The position numbers were made by a program, and so were the translations under genes. This document shows positions 59,440 through 64,000 of a stretch of DNA of 64,000 nt, piece by piece (positions within the stretch are counted from its first letter, which is position 1; every line of letters starts with the position of its first letter). The notes under the pieces are model-generated. The model made no database searches, had not been told where the DNA came from, and saw only the letters and a program-made list of their open reading frames with translations. Origin of the DNA: an uncultured delta proteobacterium (GTDB lineage Bacteria; Desulfobacterota; RBG-13-43-22); the NCBI GenBank assembly GCA_963743305.1, contig CAVUPH010000033.1, positions 86,569 through 150,568 of the forward strand, written 5' to 3'.

Positions 59440-59863
59440 GACCAAGTTCCTCTTTATCGGCGTCTTTTTTTGTCTTCCTTTATTGGAATTCCGCTTAGAA
59501 GGCACATTTTCAGAGGAAAATCAGCATTTAGACCCGAACTTGGCCCTGTTGTCGGGCATAGCCCGGACCTTGTGAGATACAGATTCGTGATCCTCGTTCC
59601 ACCAATGCACCCCCTTAGTCTGGTCCGACCCAATGCCGTTAATCCGGCATTAGGGTCATTGAATCTATGCCCCTCGGCCAATGGGCCGAGAAAATCTCGA
59701 CCTTGGTCTTCATGGTGTCCGTATCGGCATGGGAACCAGCCAACTGCCGCCATGAGGTTCTCCTCTCTTGCGAGAAGCCGAATTATAACTTTTGCATTCC
59801 AGGTTGTCGATTCGTTTCAAACGATATAGTGCACGTGGCGGGGCACTTATTTCAGTCGTAGTC

Positions 59864-59950
59864 GGAAATCGCCGAACGCCTTTTGGGGGTCGGTAGTCGC
59901 ACCTTCGATGAATTCACTATCAGGTCGGGTATGAGGATATTCCCTTTTTC
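59864..59950 (+). pseudogene. Remnant of a GlxA/AraC regulator 3' region
   Basis: Matches 48064-48151, e.g. caggtcgggtatgaggatattcc is identical. Confidence 0.7.
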
Positions 59951-60039
59951 ATATTTTTATTATATAGTGATAGTTGGATGTCGGACAGGCGACACTCCCT
60001 GCCGAGCTGAACAGGATAACCATTCAGAGGACGGAAACT

Positions 60040-60291
60040 TTGGTAAACTGGAATCGTTTTCAACCGAGGGAATTCGAATACGACTTCGGTAGCGACAAGC
60101 TCTCGGTCCATGGAGTGTCCTTCGAAGAGGCAGTAGAAACCTTTTTCTCCGATTTCGTCGTTCGTCGAAACAGGCAGTTCAAAGACCGCTTCCAATTGAT
60201 TGGCCGTACATGGGCCGGAAGGCCTTTAAAGATCATTTTTCAACTCAAACCCGGCAATGTAGTCCGAATCATCACAGGATGGCCAATATGA
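60040..60291 (+). CDS. BrnT-family toxin
   Basis: K...HGVSFEEAVE.F, RF.LIG.T..GR.L and RIITGW; TTG start with GAGG. Confidence 0.8.
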   Translation: MVNWNRFQPREFEYDFGSDKLSVHGVSFEEAVETFFSDFVVRRNRQFKDRFQLIGRTWAGRPLKIIFQLKPGNVVRIITGWPI

Positions 60292-60598
60292 ACGAGAAAA
60301 AAAATCCTAAGGCAAGAAAACAAACCTCACGAGAAATCGATGACCTGGTCATCTCTCAGGCCGAAATAACGCCGCTTGGGGAGCCCCGGTTGAAGTGCGG
60401 CGGAACAAACCTGGTTCGTTCTCCATCCCTCCGGACCTCACTGAAAGGGCAGCGTTCCTTGCTCGTATCCACCATGCCCCCGGAGTCGAAGAGTGGCTGG
60501 CAAGGGTGATCAAGGAGCGAATCGAGATAGAAGAGGTGGCGTATGCGACTGCGAAGCGCGAATTGAAATCCAAACGAGAACGCCGATCGCCTGTTTAA
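60288..60598 (+). CDS. Putative cognate antitoxin, frameshift near 60365
   Basis: ATGA overlap with the toxin; EIDDLVISQAE/NAAWGAPVEV...ERAAFLARIH...WL..VI.ER. Confidence 0.65.
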
Positions 60599-60789
60599 AT
60601 CCTATCCTTTTTTCAAGAATTGATTTATAGAAATCGGGTTTTATTCTAAGGCCTCAATTGTCCGACAAAGTTTTCCATCACCCCCACAACCAAAAAAGTT
60701 GCAGAGCATCGCCCGGGAAACGTCGGTCCGTCGGATTGCGCAGTTCGATTTGACCCACCCCAGGCGGAAACATTGCCAATTGATGATAT

Positions 60790-61114
60790 AGCCCAATTAC
60801 GGGGTCATGTAGAGGAGCGATTGATCACGCAACTGCGAAAGCGGCACAAGGTCAGAGATAGAAAGGTAGGATACCTCAAGTTCAACGGGAGCAGTTGTGC
60901 GAGAAGTCCGGTCTCTACAAAGTGCCGACCTCGGCAGGCTGACAAAAGCGCATGCCCTGCGGTGAAGGACATCGGAAAGCCGTGTGCGGGAAAACCGCAC
61001 GCACGGTTTGATGAGGGAGGGCTGAGACCCGGCTGACCACTATAGTTCGGAGTAGATGCGTGCATCAAAAAGACCAAAAGTGGCAATAGATAGGGCCCCA
61101 GCTCTCTACTCTAC
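60790..61114 (+). mobile_element. Group II intron 3' fragment, copy 1 (decayed C-terminus of the intron-encoded protein, domains V and VI)
   Basis: HVEERL..QLRKRHK...GLYKVP; domain V aagccgtgtgcgggaaaaccgcacgcacggtttg at 60977-61010; domain VI ends ctactctac. Confidence 0.9.
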
Positions 61115-61182
61115 CTCTTCAATATTCCCTGAATTTGCCATTCTTTTTGGATGACCAACTCTTCACTTGACCGGATGGTTGT

Positions 61183-61389
61183 AGGATGTCCCGGATTACC
61201 CTTTCCTCGAGACGAGGCAGGAGGTCCTCCCGGTCTTTCCGGGTTCGAAAGATTTTGGTTCTTTCTATCCCGCGGGCCACGACATGGTGCAGAACACCCG
61301 GAGCGTCTAATCGTGCTTTTCTAGGCATATCCAAATGTTATTAAAGTTATCCGGCTCTGGCAACGCAATCTAGAACCTACGTCCCCTAT
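61183..61389 (-). mobile_element. 5' fragment of a RAYT element, copy B
   Basis: MPRKARLDAPGVLHHVVARGIER from ATG 61328; near-identical to 57682-57887. Confidence 0.8.
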
Positions 61390-61583
61390 AAAGTGCCGAT
61401 CTCGGCTGGCTGGACAAAGCGCATGCCTCACGGTGAAGGACATCGGAAAGCCGTGTGCGGGAAAACCGCACGCACGGTTTGATGAGGGAGGGCTGGACCC
61501 GGCTGACCACTATAGTTCGGAGTAGATGCGTGCATCAAAAAGACCAAAAGTGGCAACAGATAGGCCCCAGCTCTCTACTCTAC
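61390..61583 (+). mobile_element. Group II intron 3' fragment, copy 2
   Basis: KVPISAGWTK; domain V at 61448-61481 identical to copy 1; domain VI ends ctactctac. Confidence 0.9.
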
Positions 61584-61619
61584 CGCTTTTCACTCTAACG
61601 TATTACCTCACTACTAGAA

Positions 61620-62614
61620 TCAGACTCGCGATACGGTAGTCTTCCGCCGATTCCAGAGGATCGCATCCTTGAGCAATCCTCTGGAGAAGTCTTCGCGGAC
61701 CCAGTAGGTTTTGTCCAAGTCCGCGAGCCCTTCGCTGGTCAGCCCGAGATAAATTGGTATGCCCTGTTCATCCTTTCGGTGAGCGAGTGCAAGAACATCA
61801 CTGAGCCTGGGCGGCTTGTAATCCAAGAGCATCGCTCTCCGCTCCCATTCCGTACCTCGAGAAACGTACATCGGGTTGAGCCGGATGCAGAATGGGACGT
61901 ATCCCTACGACGCGTCTGCTCGTCAAGGAAATCGATACTACGCTCGGCTTCTAAATATGCCTCCTCATCTGTCATTCGCGGATCGGGCTTGTACAAGACG
62001 TAGGCAGTCAGGGCGCACCCGGCCTCCGCCACCCGGTCAAGTCCGACGAGAAAGCGATCTAGGGATTCACGCTTGCCCAATATGCCCTCCCGGATTCGAG
62101 AGTCGGCACTCTCAAATCCGGTTAGCACATCGATCGATTTTCCCCCGCTCAGACGGCGAAGGTCTTGCAGGGTCTCGACATCGACGAACTCGAGTCGCGA
62201 CTCGATGACTACTCGCGTCATCCCAGGAAGGGCGCTTGATGACTCCACAATCTCTAGTAGGGTGCTGTGTGGAAACGTCTGGACATCGAGAACAGAACCC
62301 TCGTTGGCGATCGTCAACCTCTCAAGTACCCCAATGGCGTATTTGACACGATCGAGCACCCCCAAGTATTGAGCGGCGATATCGTCGGCGGGGATAAACT
62401 CCTCCGACGATTTGGCCGGCAGGCTACAGAACGTGCACTGATAACGACACCTCTTCGTGTTGAACAGAATCGCTATATCGATCTCACCTAGGAAACTGCG
62501 CACTAGGAAGAAATGCGGCTCGACCTGCGATGGGCTTGAACTCCCCATAGCCTTGTGTGACCCGTGAGCATTGTAGTGCCGCCGGACCACGTCCAACATC
62601 GACTCTTTGTTCAT
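61620..62614 (-). CDS. Radical SAM protein, RaSEA/TIGR01210-like, frameshift near 61900 (about 330 aa when joined)
   Basis: CRYQCTFC, GSVLD, IESRLEFV, GFES.D..IR and YVLYKP, then IRLNPMYV..GT...YKPP.L in the next frame. Confidence 0.78.
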
Positions 62615-63522
62615 GATGATGATTTCTTCTTCTGTGATTCCGAAAGGTTAACTTCGACTGGACCGACGGAAACCTCATCTGCGCCAGCGACCGCATTGCT
62701 CCGGTTAACCACGTCTCCCGTCGTATGGATCACCGTTGGACTTCTGGATGATGAATCCACTATCGTCGTGAGAGCCTGCCCTGTATCCTCGGTGGTAAGA
62801 GACTGGATGGCTTGCTGCAGCCCCCGCGACTTGAGGCGGTACAGGTGGTGTACGACCGCCGACGACTCAGGAACGAGGTCCGTACCCAGAATCGTACTGG
62901 CGAGCGCCACCTCGTCCGGGGCCGTTAGACGCTGTCCAGTAATGTCGATTCGGCCCGCCATGTCCGTGTCTGTAAAGTAGCCGACATATCCGGTGATCTG
63001 ACGATTCGGACGGAGGTAATGGACCAGTGAGTAGCCAGATTTCTCCGGCCCAGCATCTCCGACATGCTTTGATCCGAAGACCAACTTTGATTGGTTGTCC
63101 GCGTACTCATGAATGATCGTCCAGTAACTCCCCGTGTACCGGCCATGGATGTCGAACTGCTTCCCGTCAATGACGAAATCCTCATCGGTATAGTTGATGG
63201 ACTCGACGGCAAAGCCGATAATCTCGCCAGTCGGCTGGCTCCGCATCGTCTCCAGCCAGTACCCCTCAATGTCCTGGCGCCCCATGATCAGGACACGCAA
63301 TCCGCGAGACTTCCGAATCGCCCAGTTAACAACCTGCTCAAACAAAACGATTGAAATCGCCCCAAGCAGAGCTATAAAGATTTGGGCAACGAAATCTCCC
63401 ACTCCATACCGCTGGCCCGAGCCTGGCAGTTTCCGCATTGCGTCCATCGAAGCGACGATAAACAAAACCATGGCAGTTGCCACGGTTTTGGCACGATCAA
63501 CGTAAGTATGGATGCGGTTCAT
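62611..63522 (-). CDS. Two-TM plus beta-strand-rich protein (S-2TMbeta/Cap15-like, tentative)
   Basis: Two N-terminal hydrophobic helices, then DIEGYW and alternating beta-strand patterns; ATGA overlap with the radical SAM gene. Confidence 0.55.
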   Translation of the reverse strand: MNRIHTYVDRAKTVATAMVLFIVASMDAMRKLPGSGQRYGVGDFVAQIFIALLGAISIVLFEQVVNWAIRKSRGLRVLIMGRQDIEGYWLETMRSQPTGEIIGFAVESINYTDEDFVIDGKQFDIHGRYTGSYWTIIHEYADNQSKLVFGSKHVGDAGPEKSGYSLVHYLRPNRQITGYVGYFTDTDMAGRIDITGQRLTAPDEVALASTILGTDLVPESSAVVHHLYRLKSRGLQQAIQSLTTEDTGQALTTIVDSSSRSPTVIHTTGDVVNRSNAVAGADEVSVGPVEVNLSESQKKKSSS

Positions 63523-63719
63523 CGCTGCGAGAATACTCTCCTTCTGACACCCTTAACCCCGACCCTAGGAATTCGTCGTCCACTGCCCGGCATCGGGTCG
63601 CCCGGCCCAATGCCGGGTAGGGAGACCCGAACTCGATCTTGCGCTCGAACGCGAACCGCCTCGTTGGCCTCAATCTTATTACATCTCCCGAAATGGTAAC
63701 CTATAAATAGGGTCGACCC

Positions 63720-63871
63720 CAATGCCGTTAACTCAAGGAATTTTTGTTGCCAATAGCGTCATTCCGTCTGAATCTGGGTTTCCGCAAAGGGTCAAAATGC
63801 TGTATTTTGGCTTCCGCCGGGATGGCCTTAGTTTATTAAATCAGAGCGAAGGTCTTAAGTTAACGGCATTA
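63720..63871. mobile_element. IS4-family-derived MITE (152 bp)
   Basis: Terminal IRs caatgccgttaactcaag and taatgccgttaacttaag (16/18), resembling IS4 TAATGCCG ends. Confidence 0.7.
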
Positions 63872-63909
63872 GACCGACCTCAATATTTTTCATAAGGTTA
63901 GACATATTC

Positions 63910-64000
63910 TTAATTTGGCACAAGCCAATTTGGGTCTGGGGTAAGGCCAGTATTCACAGCCTCTTTGTAATACTGGGTGATTGGCTTTCCGCCATGTGTA
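63910..64000 (-). CDS. C-terminal end of an unknown gene running off the window
   Basis: Open frame THGGKPITQYYKEAVNTGLTPDPNWLVPN-stop. Confidence 0.35.
   Translation of the reverse strand, partial: THGGKPITQYYKEAVNTGLTPDPNWLVPN

Noticed and set aside
60977-61010. Class C (attC-targeting) group II intron
   Set aside because: Domain V is 34 nt with an AGC triad, not the short CGC form.
63695-63903. attC-like site (GTCTAAC after a stop codon, imperfect palindrome interrupted by the MITE)
   Set aside because: The distal core reads GTTACCA rather than GTTRRRY, there are no clear L boxes, and no integrase or second attC is in the window.
1-64000. CRISPR array, tRNA, rRNA, intact transposase or prophage
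   Set aside because: No regularly spaced repeats, cloverleaf, rRNA motifs, full-length transposase/integrase or phage structural genes were recognised by eye.

Overview
A chromosomal window from an anaerobic Gram-negative bacterium, most likely Desulfobacterota (deltaproteobacterial; inferred from gene content). 1-7.9 kb: housekeeping genes (rpe start, rsmB, fmt, def, priA) and a MoxR/VWA pair. 7.9-17.1 kb: a more AT-rich island with glycosyltransferases, methyltransferases, radical SAM enzymes and a secreted four-repeat surface protein. 17.5-26.6 kb: ferredoxin, SOD, a NosL/ABC permease/TlpA cluster, hypE, mltD and a HesB-like selenoprotein. 26.6-33.6 kb: a 2-oxoacid:ferredoxin oxidoreductase operon running into hdrA(mvhD)-hdrC-hdrB. 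33.7-46 kb: pfkA, kdsD, purF, carAB, waaA, an ASKHA/RACo-type protein and a USP. 46-64 kb: a mosaic accessory region with MITE-like elements, two group II intron 3' ends, RAYT fragments, pseudogenes, Fic, a BrnT toxin-antitoxin pair and a 2TM-beta plus RaSEA-like radical SAM operon. Many genes, including waaA, carry small frameshifts (mostly single-base insertions) that are probably sequencing errors. Two leading novelty hypotheses: (1) a possible donor-strand surface-display system, since the repeat protein's first domain lacks the LPL(L/I)M strand found in repeats 2-4 while two unrelated secreted proteins end in a YLPLVFK or YFLPLIK tail; (2) a candidate anti-phage operon pairing a Cap15-like membrane effector with an archaeosine-lyase-like radical SAM enzyme. 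Family assignments come from motif recognition, not database searches.
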